From positions 1-58,268 of the forward strand of contig JABHQW010000007.1 in the NCBI GenBank assembly GCA_018696595.1: a DNA stretch of 58,268 bases, written 5' to 3'. The first letter of the stretch is position 1. Every line of letters begins with the position of its first letter. Source of the stretch: Candidatus Woesearchaeota archaeon. GTDB taxonomy: Archaea > Nanobdellota > Nanobdellia > Woesearchaeales > GW2011-AR9. Position numbers and translations under genes: made by a program. The notes beneath the pieces are model-generated. The model made no database searches. It was not told the DNA's origin and saw only the letters and a program-made list of their open reading frames with translations. Of this stretch, positions 38,352 through 48,665 are shown piece after piece.

Positions 38352-38747
38352 ATGAAACTTGACCTAAACTATTCGTTAAAGTTCTATTGGGGAGCAGTAT
38401 TAATAGTTTTAAGTGTTATTTTAGGAACATTAACAAAAGTAGTTTTCTTCTATCCTACTATTAGTAGTACAACTAGGTTAACAATGGTTGTAACTTACAT
38501 CATCTCTTGGCCAATATTGTTCTTAGGGGTTTATTGGATGGGTAAAGAATATGCAGATAGTTTAAGGAAATATTTACAGTACAAGTATTATCACAAATAT
38601 GTAAGAGCGGGAACCAAGAAGGCTTATGAAGTTACCAAAAATAAAACTCAAAGAGTAAAACAAGGAGTAAAAACAAAAATAGAAAATAGTAAAGAAAAAG
38701 CTCGTTCTAGAAAATTAGCAAGAAAAAATAAAAAAATAAAAAAGTAA
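38352..38747 (+). CDS. Membrane protein with basic tail
   Basis: Two TM segments. Confidence 0.65.
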   Translation: MKLDLNYSLKFYWGAVLIVLSVILGTLTKVVFFYPTISSTTRLTMVVTYIISWPILFLGVYWMGKEYADSLRKYLQYKYYHKYVRAGTKKAYEVTKNKTQRVKQGVKTKIENSKEKARSRKLARKNKKIKK

Positions 38748-38749
38748 AC

Positions 38750-38950
38750 TTATTTACACATTTTACCGTGGAGTGCTAAAATTATTCCTTTTAGAATTAT
38801 AATTCCTCCAATAAAAACTCCCCAATTAAACCAACTATAAATTGCATTCAGTAATACTAATATACCCAAAACAATTAACATGCCACTATAACATCCCATA
38901 TGACAACCAGTAGAACAAGTTGAAACGGGTTTCATTTTCTTTTTTACCAT
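38750..38950 (-). CDS. Small membrane protein
   Basis: GAGGTG RBS; LVLLNA..W TM segments. Confidence 0.65.
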   Translation of the reverse strand: MVKKKMKPVSTCSTGCHMGCYSGMLIVLGILVLLNAIYSWFNWGVFIGGIIILKGIILALHGKMCK

Positions 38951-39063
38951 TTAAAAACACCTCTTTTGTAAGAAAATGATTTTTTAGAAGTTTAAAAAAG
39001 TATCGAAAAAACAAGTTTTATCGGACATCCCAAAAAACAAAGTTTTTTGTTATGTATCGAAAT

Positions 39064-39372
39064 TTATTTCCACTCACTATGCCCAAACTGGACAAGCAGA
39101 TCAAAATCTTTAACATTAGGCACATCACAAGCGCCAAAACAAGAACCAGACCAGAAAGTTAATTTTACAGCAGGAAACTTCTCTTTAACAATTTCTTGAA
39201 TTTCTTTTGCTTTCGGTTTCAGTCCGTCTGGAAGTTGAATTAAAATAGTCTCAGCTTTAGTCTTAAGAATTTCATCAAGTAATTTATCTAATTCAAAATT
39301 AAAAGAAAGATTATTCTGAACAAGTTCAGAATGACCAGAAATTTCTTTAGAAATTTCTCGTTTATTCGTCAT
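39064..39372 (-). CDS. Stand-alone N-terminal domain of diphthamide synthesis protein Dph2
   Basis: IQLPDGLK, SCFGACD, QFGHS, then a stop codon. Confidence 0.8.
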   Translation of the reverse strand: MTNKREISKEISGHSELVQNNLSFNFELDKLLDEILKTKAETILIQLPDGLKPKAKEIQEIVKEKFPAVKLTFWSGSCFGACDVPNVKDFDLLVQFGHSEWK

Positions 39373-39826
39373 CTTCTCTTCGAATAACCTTTACAGCATC
39401 CATCTTAACCGTAATTGGAATTGGAACAGCCGCTTCAAGTAACTCAACAACAATTTCTTCTTTCTGTTTATTAATCCTAATTACTTTAGCATTTTCTCTC
39501 TTAAAAGGACCAGAAATAATTTCAACAATGTCGCCTTTCTTAATATTCATCTCAACTTTAACTTGTTCTAACATATGTTCAATTTCAGGATAAGGAATTT
39601 CATGAGGTAAAGTTCCTCTAGCATAAGGAACGCCTTGCAAAGCAGCGTCAGCAGCTTCTTTAGATTCAGCTTCTACAAAAATGTAACCACGCATACCATG
39701 CGGTCTAATTACTGCATATACTTTAGCTTTAGTGTCACGTTGCAATTTTGAGACGAAAAAGTCTATTACTTGATCTTCTCTGTTTGCAGAGGTTCTAATT
39801 GCGAATATTTTTGTTTGTGCTTCCAT
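39362..39826 (-). CDS. spt5: Transcription elongation factor Spt5
   Basis: GYIFVEA NGN domain and KOW GDIVEIISGPFK. Confidence 0.96.
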   Translation of the reverse strand: MEAQTKIFAIRTSANREDQVIDFFVSKLQRDTKAKVYAVIRPHGMRGYIFVEAESKEAADAALQGVPYARGTLPHEIPYPEIEHMLEQVKVEMNIKKGDIVEIISGPFKRENAKVIRINKQKEEIVVELLEAAVPIPITVKMDAVKVIRREDDE

Positions 39827-39833
39827 TTTTTCA

Positions 39834-40022
39834 TTAAAATAATAGTTGTTTGATCAAGAAAATAAAAAACCCAATTAAACCAATAATCAGAATTCCTAAG
39901 CCTGTTACTTTAACAATACTCTTAAATTCTTCCTTATTCGGCTTTTTAGTAATTCTCAAAACCCTGATAGTTTCCTTAAAAAACCGCCTAATTTTATTTG
40001 GTCTAACGTCTTGCTCGATCAT
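39834..40022 (-). CDS. secE: SecE/Sec61-gamma
   Basis: RVLRITKKPNKEEF followed by a TM helix; ftsZ-secE-spt5 synteny. Confidence 0.95.
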   Translation of the reverse strand: MIEQDVRPNKIRRFFKETIRVLRITKKPNKEEFKSIVKVTGLGILIIGLIGFFIFLIKQLLF

Positions 40023-40081
40023 TATTAGCCGTAAACGAGCTAACTGATTTATAAAGTTTACTGTTTTTTATTAGAAAAGAC

Positions 40082-41254
40082 TCACTTCATGAAATCAATC
40101 CCTAGCTCGTTCTCAATAGCTTCCTTCTTTTTACCAAAGAATTGGTTATCAGTTCCAAAGATTTGTTCAGAGTTAACACCAGTTATAATCAACATTGTTC
40201 GTACAGTTTTCTCTAAATCTTTATAGATCTGAGCCCCCCAGATGATTTTAGCTTTAGGATCCAAACTTTCAGAAACTGTTTCTACGATTTTCTTAGATTC
40301 GTCCAGAGTTAAACTTTCTCCGCCAGAGATATTAATCAAAGCACCGGTTGCATTAGAGATGTCAACATCAATTAAAGGGTTATCTAACGCTTTCTGGACA
40401 GACTCATCTGCTCGATTCTCAGAATCAGATTCCCCAACACCAATCAAAGCAACTCCACCTTCACTCATAATAGATTTTACATCAGCAAAATCTAAGTTTA
40501 CAAGTCCAGCCTTAGTAACTAATTCAGCAATACCTTTAACAGAATTTGTCAAAATTTCATCTGAAACCTTAAATGCAGTTTGTAAAGGTAAATGAGGAGC
40601 AATCTCTAACAATTTCTCGTTAGGAATAACAATTAGAGTGTTAATACTTTGTTCCAACTTTTCTAAACCAATTAAAGCATTTTCATGCCGATGAGATCCT
40701 TCCATAGTAAAAGGCATAGTTACAATTCCAACTGCTAAGATACCCATCTTCTTTGCTAAATGAGCCATATAAGGAGCACTACCAGTTCCAGTTCCGCCAC
40801 CTAAGCCACAAGTAATGAAAATTAAGTCTGCACCTTCAATTAGTTTTTTCAGATCATGTTCATTTTCTTTTGCTGCTTCTTCACCAATCTTAGGATTAGA
40901 ACCTGCGCCTAAACCGCCAGTAAGTTCTTTTCCAATCAGCAACTTTTTATCGGAGTTAGTGTATAATAAATCTTGAGCATCAGTATTTAGAGCAATTGTT
41001 TCTACCCCTTTAATTCCAACTTCAGAAATTCTGTTAATAGTGTTATTACCACCACCGCCACAACCAATAACCTTGATTCTGGTCTTGTGTGAAGCAATTA
41101 ATCTTTCTAATTCTTCATCAACATCAAAATTAGCTTTCTTATGAGAAACTTCTTCAGTTCTCATTTGATTAACAGGAGCTGCTTGTGGTCGCTGCTGTGC
41201 TTGTTGATTTTGTTGTGATGATTGATTTTGATTCTGTTCAGTATTGTATTCCAT
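40082..41254 (-). CDS. ftsZ: Cell division protein FtsZ
   Basis: GCGGGGNN, GLGGGTGTG, NLDFAD. Confidence 0.98.
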   Translation of the reverse strand: MEYNTEQNQNQSSQQNQQAQQRPQAAPVNQMRTEEVSHKKANFDVDEELERLIASHKTRIKVIGCGGGGNNTINRISEVGIKGVETIALNTDAQDLLYTNSDKKLLIGKELTGGLGAGSNPKIGEEAAKENEHDLKKLIEGADLIFITCGLGGGTGTGSAPYMAHLAKKMGILAVGIVTMPFTMEGSHRHENALIGLEKLEQSINTLIVIPNEKLLEIAPHLPLQTAFKVSDEILTNSVKGIAELVTKAGLVNLDFADVKSIMSEGGVALIGVGESDSENRADESVQKALDNPLIDVDISNATGALINISGGESLTLDESKKIVETVSESLDPKAKIIWGAQIYKDLEKTVRTMLIITGVNSEQIFGTDNQFFGKKKEAIENELGIDFMK

Positions 41255-41369
41255 TTTAAAATTACCCTCAACCCTTTTTTAATGTATTACTGATATGAGA
41301 ACTAATTTATAAAGATTATTGTGCTGTGAAAACTACTAACCATGTTGTTATGATATGAAAGAAAGAATC

Positions 41370-41981
41370 CTAAAAACGGAAAGAAAAAGAATCTATTGGT
41401 ATTGGCGCCGGTGTTGGTGCAGGAGAAAGTAAATCTTTCAATTTTTCACCCGTTCTTTTCCACACAGTTTTCTCTGGAGGGTCTGGCATATCTGCTTTTG
41501 AAGTATATTCTGCAATGTTGTAAGGAATAAATGATAAACCCGTAGTGTAAAAAATAGCGGCACCAGAGTAACTAAAAAAGTCTTGTTTTGTTGAATCCAT
41601 CCCCAACAAGTAATTTCCTCCTAAAAAAAGAAAAGGCATATACACTGACAATTGTGTTAACCTAAGTAATTTTGGAACCCATTTTGGTTGTCCGCCCGCT
41701 TCCTGTTGTATTCCTTCTTCCAGAGGAGAAGAACAATCAGGGTGAGAGTAATTTTCGTATGACAAAGCCCCATAAAGAAATCCCACGGGACTACCCCCTA
41801 AAACAGTTAACCCAAAGCCCCAAGTAGAAATCTTGTAACAACTCTTAACAAGATCTTTATAACTTCTCCCAGTCATCTGTTGATAGGCTTTCCCCACTTG
41901 AGCAATAGATTTAATTAGAATATTATCTAGTTTAGTTAAAGGACTTCCATCTTCGGGATAAAATTGATCTTCTAAGGACAC
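41370..41981 (-). CDS. Hypothetical membrane protein
   Basis: ORF with TM segments. Confidence 0.65.
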   Translation of the reverse strand: MSLEDQFYPEDGSPLTKLDNILIKSIAQVGKAYQQMTGRSYKDLVKSCYKISTWGFGLTVLGGSPVGFLYGALSYENYSHPDCSSPLEEGIQQEAGGQPKWVPKLLRLTQLSVYMPFLFLGGNYLLGMDSTKQDFFSYSGAAIFYTTGLSFIPYNIAEYTSKADMPDPPEKTVWKRTGEKLKDLLSPAPTPAPIPIDSFSFRF

Positions 41982-42068
41982 ATTTCATAAAATCCAAGAA
42001 TATTTTATAAAACTTTGGGCGATAACTACTTAATAGAGATAACGATTAAAAGAGAAGTTAGAACACTA

Positions 42069-42839
42069 TCATTTCAACATTTCATGTAACTTTACTGATT
42101 CTTCCAAATACCCTTGTGCTGCCAAGAAATCTGTTGCTTGAGAAAGTAATTGTTTATTTCTGGTAGCATGTTGTTCAATTAAAGCAATTACTGCTTTTGC
42201 CCCGACATCATAACGATTTCCACCGATGTAATGAGGAGAAATACTTAATTGTTCATCTCTTTGGATTAATCCCTTATGATGAGATAAACAACGATCAATT
42301 ATTCGATCAACTGGCCTTAATAGCCCACCAAAATTTAATGAATTCGCTAACTGATTGGCAACATAAGATCCTTTTTTTCTTGCCACACTGATATCTTCCC
42401 AAGAAAGAGATTTATATTCTTTAGAGTTATTCTTAATTGCTAAATCATATTCAATGACTTTGTCTTTATGATAATCTTCAAGGGAAGTATATTCAAGATA
42501 ATCACCTGCACAATCCCGCCAGTGCTCTTGTAAAAAAGAACGATCTGTTTCATCATCATAATCCCAATAATCTTGGTGTATTCCACTAAGTAATTTAAGC
42601 AATTCATCATAATGGGTATTAACACATTCCTCTATACTTTCTCTTCCTTCTTGTGTTTCTTTAAGAACATTAAAGAACCAAGCATTGCTATCTTTAGTTA
42701 GATCAACAGCATAAGGGATAACTTGTCCTTCACTACCCAAAGCAGTAGAGTTAGCAATCGCATAAACAAAAGATTGTGCAATAGGTTCAAGTCCATCTAA
42801 TATTGTTCTCTGAATCTCAATAGGTAAAGTATCTGTCAT
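42069..42839 (-). CDS. Hypothetical protein
   Basis: 256-aa ORF. Confidence 0.65.
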   Translation of the reverse strand: MTDTLPIEIQRTILDGLEPIAQSFVYAIANSTALGSEGQVIPYAVDLTKDSNAWFFNVLKETQEGRESIEECVNTHYDELLKLLSGIHQDYWDYDDETDRSFLQEHWRDCAGDYLEYTSLEDYHKDKVIEYDLAIKNNSKEYKSLSWEDISVARKKGSYVANQLANSLNFGGLLRPVDRIIDRCLSHHKGLIQRDEQLSISPHYIGGNRYDVGAKAVIALIEQHATRNKQLLSQATDFLAAQGYLEESVKLHEMLK

Positions 42840-42930
42840 AAATAATCATTTGAGGGAAGTCTTATATAAACTCTCGTTGTCTTATAATAAAACGACAAGT
42901 TTATAAAACAGAATAAGATTACAATTAGAG

Positions 42931-44049
42931 ATGCAAAAGGAAAAGATATTACAAAACTTCGGATTAACAGAAGCAGAAGTTAAATTATATTTAGAACTTC
43001 TAAAAGCAGGAGAAGCTACAGCAACAGAATTATCAAAAGAAACTAATACAAACCGAACTTTTACTTATGACCGGTTAAAGAAACTTTTAGATTCTGGTTT
43101 AGTAAGTTACGTCGTTAAAGATAATAAAAAATATTTCAAAGCAGCTGAGCCAAATCATTTATTAGGAATAATTAAAGAAAGAGAAGAACAAGTCAAATCA
43201 ATTCTCCCAGAATTAGAGAAATTAAAGAGACCACGCCAAGAAGGTCCAAAAGTTGAACTGTTCTCCTCAAAGAAAGGGATTAGAACTGTTCTTAATTTGA
43301 TTCTTAAAGAGAAAAAAGAAGTTCTCATTCACGGCTCAATTACGCGCTTTCAACAAATCATGGAAGAATACTATGAGATATGGAATAAAAGAAGAGAGAA
43401 AGAAAAGATTAAAGCAAGAATTCTTACTAATGAAGATGTAGAATTGCCGTTAGCAAAAGTAGACCTGTTAGCAGAAGAAGAAAAATCAAACATTACAACA
43501 TTTACTTTTGGCAATAAAGTAATCGTTGCTTTGTGGTCAGACGTCCCAGTAGCAATTTTTATTGAGAGTAAAGAAATAGCAAAAGATAACACTTCACTTT
43601 TCAATAACTTATGGAACCGAGAGATTAAAATTTACTCAGGTGTTGCAGGCATCAGAAGAGCGTGGATGGAATTAGTATCTCAAAAATCAAAAGAATTGGT
43701 GGGCTATGGCTTCTCTTGGGACTTAGCTCAGATTTATGGCCGAGAGTTCAGTAATAAATGGCACCAACAAAGGACTAAAAAACAAATCCCCGCAAGAATA
43801 ATTTCTTACGACAACTCCAATTCAAGAAAATACTTTGATGTGAGAATGATGGAACATAAGAAGTTCAACATTCAGTTTCTAGATAAAGACCTCTGTGGAC
43901 CTGCTTGTATTACTCTCTCTGATAACTTAATTGTAGAGTTCTTATACACAGAAAAAAAGTTTAGAGTGATTGTAAGTAAGAATAAAGAGATGATAAAGGT
44001 TTATAGAAAATACTTTGAAACGTTATGGAAAAAGATAAAGAAAGAATAA
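42931..44049 (+). CDS. TrmB family regulator with duplicated C-terminal domain
   Basis: GLTEAEVKLYLELL wHTH; two ..GIR...W..R....I.ARI repeats. Confidence 0.88.
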   Translation: MQKEKILQNFGLTEAEVKLYLELLKAGEATATELSKETNTNRTFTYDRLKKLLDSGLVSYVVKDNKKYFKAAEPNHLLGIIKEREEQVKSILPELEKLKRPRQEGPKVELFSSKKGIRTVLNLILKEKKEVLIHGSITRFQQIMEEYYEIWNKRREKEKIKARILTNEDVELPLAKVDLLAEEEKSNITTFTFGNKVIVALWSDVPVAIFIESKEIAKDNTSLFNNLWNREIKIYSGVAGIRRAWMELVSQKSKELVGYGFSWDLAQIYGREFSNKWHQQRTKKQIPARIISYDNSNSRKYFDVRMMEHKKFNIQFLDKDLCGPACITLSDNLIVEFLYTEKKFRVIVSKNKEMIKVYRKYFETLWKKIKKE

Positions 44050-44056
44050 AGAAAAA

Positions 44057-44752
44057 TTAGTTTTTATTTTCAGATTTAACTTCTCCCTTCTTCTCAGCTG
44101 CTTTGACAAACTTAACTTCTTTCAATTTAGTTAACTCAGCTAACTTTTGACTAATAGCTTCAGTAAACTGTTCAGGAAGATCCATTGGCAACTTGATTTC
44201 TGCTTTATCTTCGTTAACTGTAACATCAATTTTATCTCCAGGCATTTTCATTGAAGTTGTTAAAAAAGATTTAATCTGTTCAGGAACATCAGTTACTTTA
44301 CGGATAACATTGACAGTATAAACAACTTCTTTTCCTGCCAGAGGGTGATTAAAATTAACAATAACTCTTCCACCAGAAACTCTGGAAACAGTTCCAACTT
44401 TACCATCAGCATCAATTTGCATCCCAGGTTGAGGTTGCATGTTATGTTCTTTGAAAGCAGAGATTGGCATGATTCTCATTTTCTTTACATCTCGCTTACC
44501 GAAAGCTTCTTCAGCAGAAAGTTTAACATCATGATTTTTGCCGATTTCCTTATCAACTAACTGAGCATCTAAGCCAGGAAGAATTTGTTTTTCTCCAACA
44601 CAAATAACTGCAGGAGCAAAGTTAGCTTTCTCGTTATTAAAACCATTTTCTTTAGCAACTGCTTCAATAGTAGTGTCGAAAACAGTACCATCAGTTAGTT
44701 TCCCAGTATAATTTAATTCAATAAAATCATGTTCTTTAATTGTTTCAGTCAT
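44057..44752 (-). CDS. slyD: FKBP-type peptidyl-prolyl isomerase (SlyD-like)
   Basis: YTGKLTDGTVFDTT, VNFNHPLAGK. Confidence 0.93.
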   Translation of the reverse strand: MTETIKEHDFIELNYTGKLTDGTVFDTTIEAVAKENGFNNEKANFAPAVICVGEKQILPGLDAQLVDKEIGKNHDVKLSAEEAFGKRDVKKMRIMPISAFKEHNMQPQPGMQIDADGKVGTVSRVSGGRVIVNFNHPLAGKEVVYTVNVIRKVTDVPEQIKSFLTTSMKMPGDKIDVTVNEDKAEIKLPMDLPEQFTEAISQKLAELTKLKEVKFVKAAEKKGEVKSENKN

Positions 44753-44796
44753 TTTAAGTTTCTTTTTAATTTAATCTTTATAAGTTTTACTGGGAA

Positions 44797-45045
44797 TTAT
44801 TTATTGTCTAAGTGATTTTGAATTGTAGTTCTATAATCTGTGATGGTGTTTGCCATCCTCCTATAACCATCAAGCACTAAACCCAGCCCACCCAAAGTAG
44901 TGACAACTTCAGCTATAATTGCATAATCACCCTGAAAATCAAAGATTTGTTTAGCAAAAATTACAACTCCCCCTATTGTTGCTTCAGAAACGTATGCCCA
45001 AGGTTTAGATTCTTTTTTCAATACTTTCTCAAGCGTTTCTGTCAT
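44797..45045 (-). CDS. Small membrane protein
   Basis: Coupled to cmk. Confidence 0.55.
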   Translation of the reverse strand: MTETLEKVLKKESKPWAYVSEATIGGVVIFAKQIFDFQGDYAIIAEVVTTLGGLGLVLDGYRRMANTITDYRTTIQNHLDNK

Positions 45046-45581
45046 TTTCTTTCCTCGATAAATTTAATTATTTTCTCTGCCACTTCTTCGGCAGGAATTC
45101 CAGTTGTATCAACAACCAAATCATAATTGTTATGGTCATAATAGTTAAGGTTATAATAATCTTGATAACGTTTAATTTCAGATGCTCTTCTGTTTTTAAT
45201 ATTTTCTAAAGTGGAGTTTAAATCTGTATTATATTTCTCATCTTTCCGATCTTCTTTAAAGATTCTCCTAGCTGCTTCTTCATCACTAACGTCTAAGAAT
45301 ATTTTAACAGAATTGGGAATGAAATGCCATCCTAAACGAGCATCAATAATAAAATTGTCTTCTTCTTTTCCTAATTGAATTTGTCGCTCATCTATTTCTT
45401 CATCAATCAACTTATCTGTTTCTGCTAATTTACTTAATTCCAAAAGACTGACTCCTCTTTTTGCAGCAATCTCTCGCATCAGACCACCACTAGAATAATG
45501 TTTAAGATTAAACTTTTCAACTAGAATCTTGGCAACTGTACTTTTTCCTGAACCTAATGCTCCAGAGATTGTAATTATCAT
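45042..45581 (-). CDS. cmk: Cytidylate kinase
   Basis: ITISGALGSGKST, DARLGWHF. Confidence 0.93.
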   Translation of the reverse strand: MIITISGALGSGKSTVAKILVEKFNLKHYSSGGLMREIAAKRGVSLLELSKLAETDKLIDEEIDERQIQLGKEEDNFIIDARLGWHFIPNSVKIFLDVSDEEAARRIFKEDRKDEKYNTDLNSTLENIKNRRASEIKRYQDYYNLNYYDHNNYDLVVDTTGIPAEEVAEKIIKFIEERK

Positions 45582-45655
45582 AGTTTAAGCATAATTATAA
45601 CTCCTTAATAAAGTTTATTGCTAGAAATTAAAAAAAATTAAAAAAAATAAAAGAA

Positions 45656-47332
45656 TTATCTCCTCTTCTTTAAAACCAAAGCAACTATTGAGCCAAAGAC
45701 TACAAGAGTTACAAAGAGAGTTAACCAGATTAGCACATTAGATTTCTGAACAACAGGAATTACACATTGATGATTATCAATGATCTGCCCTTCTCCACAA
45801 ACTAATTTAACACACTTTTCAGACTTACAATACTCATCAGCAGCACAACCATCGTTGCTTAAACATTCTGGTTCTACTTCTTCAGGTTCTGGGGCTTTAT
45901 CAACACAAACATAGTTCTGGCAAATCTTTTCATCCCAACAATGTTCATCCTTAGTACATTGAGTTGGACTAGATGAAACTGGTTTAATAACACATTTGTC
46001 CTTCTCACAAACTTTCCCGCTACTACAATCATTGTCTTTGACACATTCTTTGCTACTTTCAGAGGAATCTGAACCGCCATCCCCATCATCATCATCATCT
46101 TCAACAATCTTAACCATACAAACCCCTTCTTGACATTCTTCTCCTTCTGCACAATTGTTATCATTAGCACAAATTTCTGTACAATCTGGAATTAAATTTG
46201 TATTTTTATCTAACGCCTCACCAAGCGGTTTCTTAGTAACTAACAAGTTTATTTGAGTCGTGTCAATACTACTATAATCACCATCACAATCAAAATCAAT
46301 AAATTCTAAAGTGGTTCTCCAACAATCAGGTCTTGTAACAGGTTCAGAATTTAAACCTTCAAAAATCAATACACTACATTGAAGATCTATAACATTAACA
46401 TTTCCATCAAGATTTGTATCTCCGTAATCATATTTAGAAGTTATAAGACAATCTTCACAATAATCATTCTTAACATCACATTCTTCATCTCCTTCAATGA
46501 TTTCATCTCCACAAATTGGGCCTTCTTCTTTACAGTCTGGAATTTGGTTAGTGTTTTTATCTAATGCTTCACCCAGTACATCATTACTAACTAATGAAGT
46601 TACTTGAGTTAAATCTACAGTGGTAACATCTTCATCACAATCAAAATCAATAAAATCTAAAGAAGTTTTTAAACACGCAGCTACGGATTCATCAGTAGTC
46701 CAATCTTGAAAAACTAAAACCATACATTGTAAATCAACTGCATCAACATTTCCATCTAAATTCAAATCACCAAACGCAAATTCAGAGGTTAATTGACAAT
46801 CATTACAAAAAAGATTATCCGAATCACATTCTTCAGAAATTTCTACAATATTATTACCACAAACCGCAGGCATACAAAGATTATCAATACATCCTTCATT
46901 TTCTGCACAATCAGCATTACTATCACAATGTTCTTTGCAGTCTGGAATTAAGTTTGTATTTTTATCTAGTTCTGACCCTAAAGCTTTTTTACTAACCAAT
47001 AAACTCACTTGAGTGAGATCAACATTGGTCATATCACCATCACAATCAAAATCAACAAAATCTAAAGAGGTTTGCAAACATGCAACTGGATCCTCGTCAC
47101 CAGCCCCTTGAAGAACTAAAACCATACATTGTAAATCAACAGAGTTAGTACTTCCATCTAAGTTCAAATCCCCGTACTTAAAATCAGCAGTGAGTTGACA
47201 GCTATTACACAAAGCATTTTCTGAATCACATTCTTCTTCTAATTCAATAATATTGTTGCCACATTCTGCGTAAACTGTAAAACTAAGTAAAGTTAACATG
47301 AGAAATAATAAAACTAATAATTTGCCTTTCAT
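45656..47332 (-). CDS. Cell-surface protein with three dockerin-like modules and Cys-rich repeats
   Basis: Signal peptide; three repeats of CG..I.E..EECD + (Y/F)GD.N.DG....DLQC...DFDCD; C-terminal TM helix and basic tail. Confidence 0.75.
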   Translation of the reverse strand: MKGKLLVLLFLMLTLLSFTVYAECGNNIIELEEECDSENALCNSCQLTADFKYGDLNLDGSTNSVDLQCMVLVLQGAGDEDPVACLQTSLDFVDFDCDGDMTNVDLTQVSLLVSKKALGSELDKNTNLIPDCKEHCDSNADCAENEGCIDNLCMPAVCGNNIVEISEECDSDNLFCNDCQLTSEFAFGDLNLDGNVDAVDLQCMVLVFQDWTTDESVAACLKTSLDFIDFDCDEDVTTVDLTQVTSLVSNDVLGEALDKNTNQIPDCKEEGPICGDEIIEGDEECDVKNDYCEDCLITSKYDYGDTNLDGNVNVIDLQCSVLIFEGLNSEPVTRPDCWRTTLEFIDFDCDGDYSSIDTTQINLLVTKKPLGEALDKNTNLIPDCTEICANDNNCAEGEECQEGVCMVKIVEDDDDDGDGGSDSSESSKECVKDNDCSSGKVCEKDKCVIKPVSSSPTQCTKDEHCWDEKICQNYVCVDKAPEPEEVEPECLSNDGCAADEYCKSEKCVKLVCGEGQIIDNHQCVIPVVQKSNVLIWLTLFVTLVVFGSIVALVLKKRR

Positions 47333-47452
47333 TTAAATACACCTCTTTTGTGTTAAGAAAATACTTTTATGTTTATATAATTATTGTCTTTATCAGCTCT
47401 TATGGAATTGTATTATCTTTTAAATTAAAAACAAAAGTAAGAAAAATAAAGT

Positions 47453-47854
47453 TCAATTTTTATTAAAATAACCAAGAGCTAACAAACAGTTAACCTCTCC
47501 TGGATTTGTTTGAACTAATGCAAAATATTGATCACCTAATTGTTCAACTTTTTGTACTAACGGATCCTCTGCAGGAAGCTGAGAAATGGTTTGATGGAAG
47601 TCCCATAAATATTGGTCTAAAGACTGTTTTTGAAGAGGTTCTGCCGCATCTTTTAATAGGGTAGAGTTTTCTTGAGTGAATGACCCATAATTTCTAATTA
47701 TTTCTTCTTGTATTCTATATCTAACATCCGATGAATCTAATTGTTCCTCAGTTTTAATCTTAAATGAACCACTATTAACGGGTTCTAAAACCCCCCACTT
47801 GGACCAAAAACTAGTAGTATCAAAAACATATTCTGTTTGTTGTGAATCTGTCAT
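47453..47854 (-). CDS. Hypothetical protein
   Basis: 133-aa ORF. Confidence 0.55.
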   Translation of the reverse strand: MTDSQQTEYVFDTTSFWSKWGVLEPVNSGSFKIKTEEQLDSSDVRYRIQEEIIRNYGSFTQENSTLLKDAAEPLQKQSLDQYLWDFHQTISQLPAEDPLVQKVEQLGDQYFALVQTNPGEVNCLLALGYFNKN

Positions 47855-47893
47855 TTTTAGTTTACTTCTTCAAAAATTTATAAATGTTATGAT

Positions 47894-48589
47894 TCATCTT
47901 ACTTTCTCATAATCAGAATCCTTTAAATCAGAAACGTAATTCTTGCCCCACTCTTTAATCCAAAAGAAAGTGGCTTTGGTTAAACCCCATTGCTGGAATC
48001 TTCGCATAGAAGTAGTTACGTTAGTATCAAGACATTTGAATTTCTTTTTCGTGTGTCTCTTCAAATCAATAATTAACTTACGATGTTCTTTAACAACAAT
48101 CTCTGGATAACCATTTACAGCATGGAAATCTTCTTTCCTACAGATTAAAGCACCACTACATCCTTGATACAGTTTTGTTCGATGATAGAAGTTCTTAAAT
48201 CCAAGAGCAAACTTAAATTTCATTTTCTGATCATCCGGAATTGCTCTTGTTGTTGCTACAGAATACTCTTCTGTAAACTGATCTTTGATTTTTTGTAAGG
48301 AATCTTCTTCTAAGGTTGTATCTGCATCTAAAAAAAGAAAAATTTCCCCATTAGCAAATTTAGAACCAAAATTTCTAGCTTTGGAAACATTCGCTTCACT
48401 AATTGAAAAGAATTTAGTTTTATCATTAGTTCTTTTCTTAACAAGATCCTCAGTTCCGTCCGTACAACCATTAGCCACAACAACGGTTTCATAATTCTGA
48501 TAGGTTTGATTTTTAATAGAATGTAACGTTTTTCTAATATAGTTCTCTTCGTTATGTGCAGGAATTATGATAGATATTTTTGGATCCAT
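47894..48589 (-). CDS. Glycosyltransferase family 2
   Basis: IIIPAHNEE, FLDAD. Confidence 0.92.
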   Translation of the reverse strand: MDPKISIIIPAHNEENYIRKTLHSIKNQTYQNYETVVVANGCTDGTEDLVKKRTNDKTKFFSISEANVSKARNFGSKFANGEIFLFLDADTTLEEDSLQKIKDQFTEEYSVATTRAIPDDQKMKFKFALGFKNFYHRTKLYQGCSGALICRKEDFHAVNGYPEIVVKEHRKLIIDLKRHTKKKFKCLDTNVTTSMRRFQQWGLTKATFFWIKEWGKNYVSDLKDSDYEKVR

Positions 48590-48665
48590 TAGTCAAAACC
48601 AGTTCTTTTGGGAATTGAGAAGTAACTGCTTTTTAAATAATTGTTGTTCTAGAGAAGCTATATTT

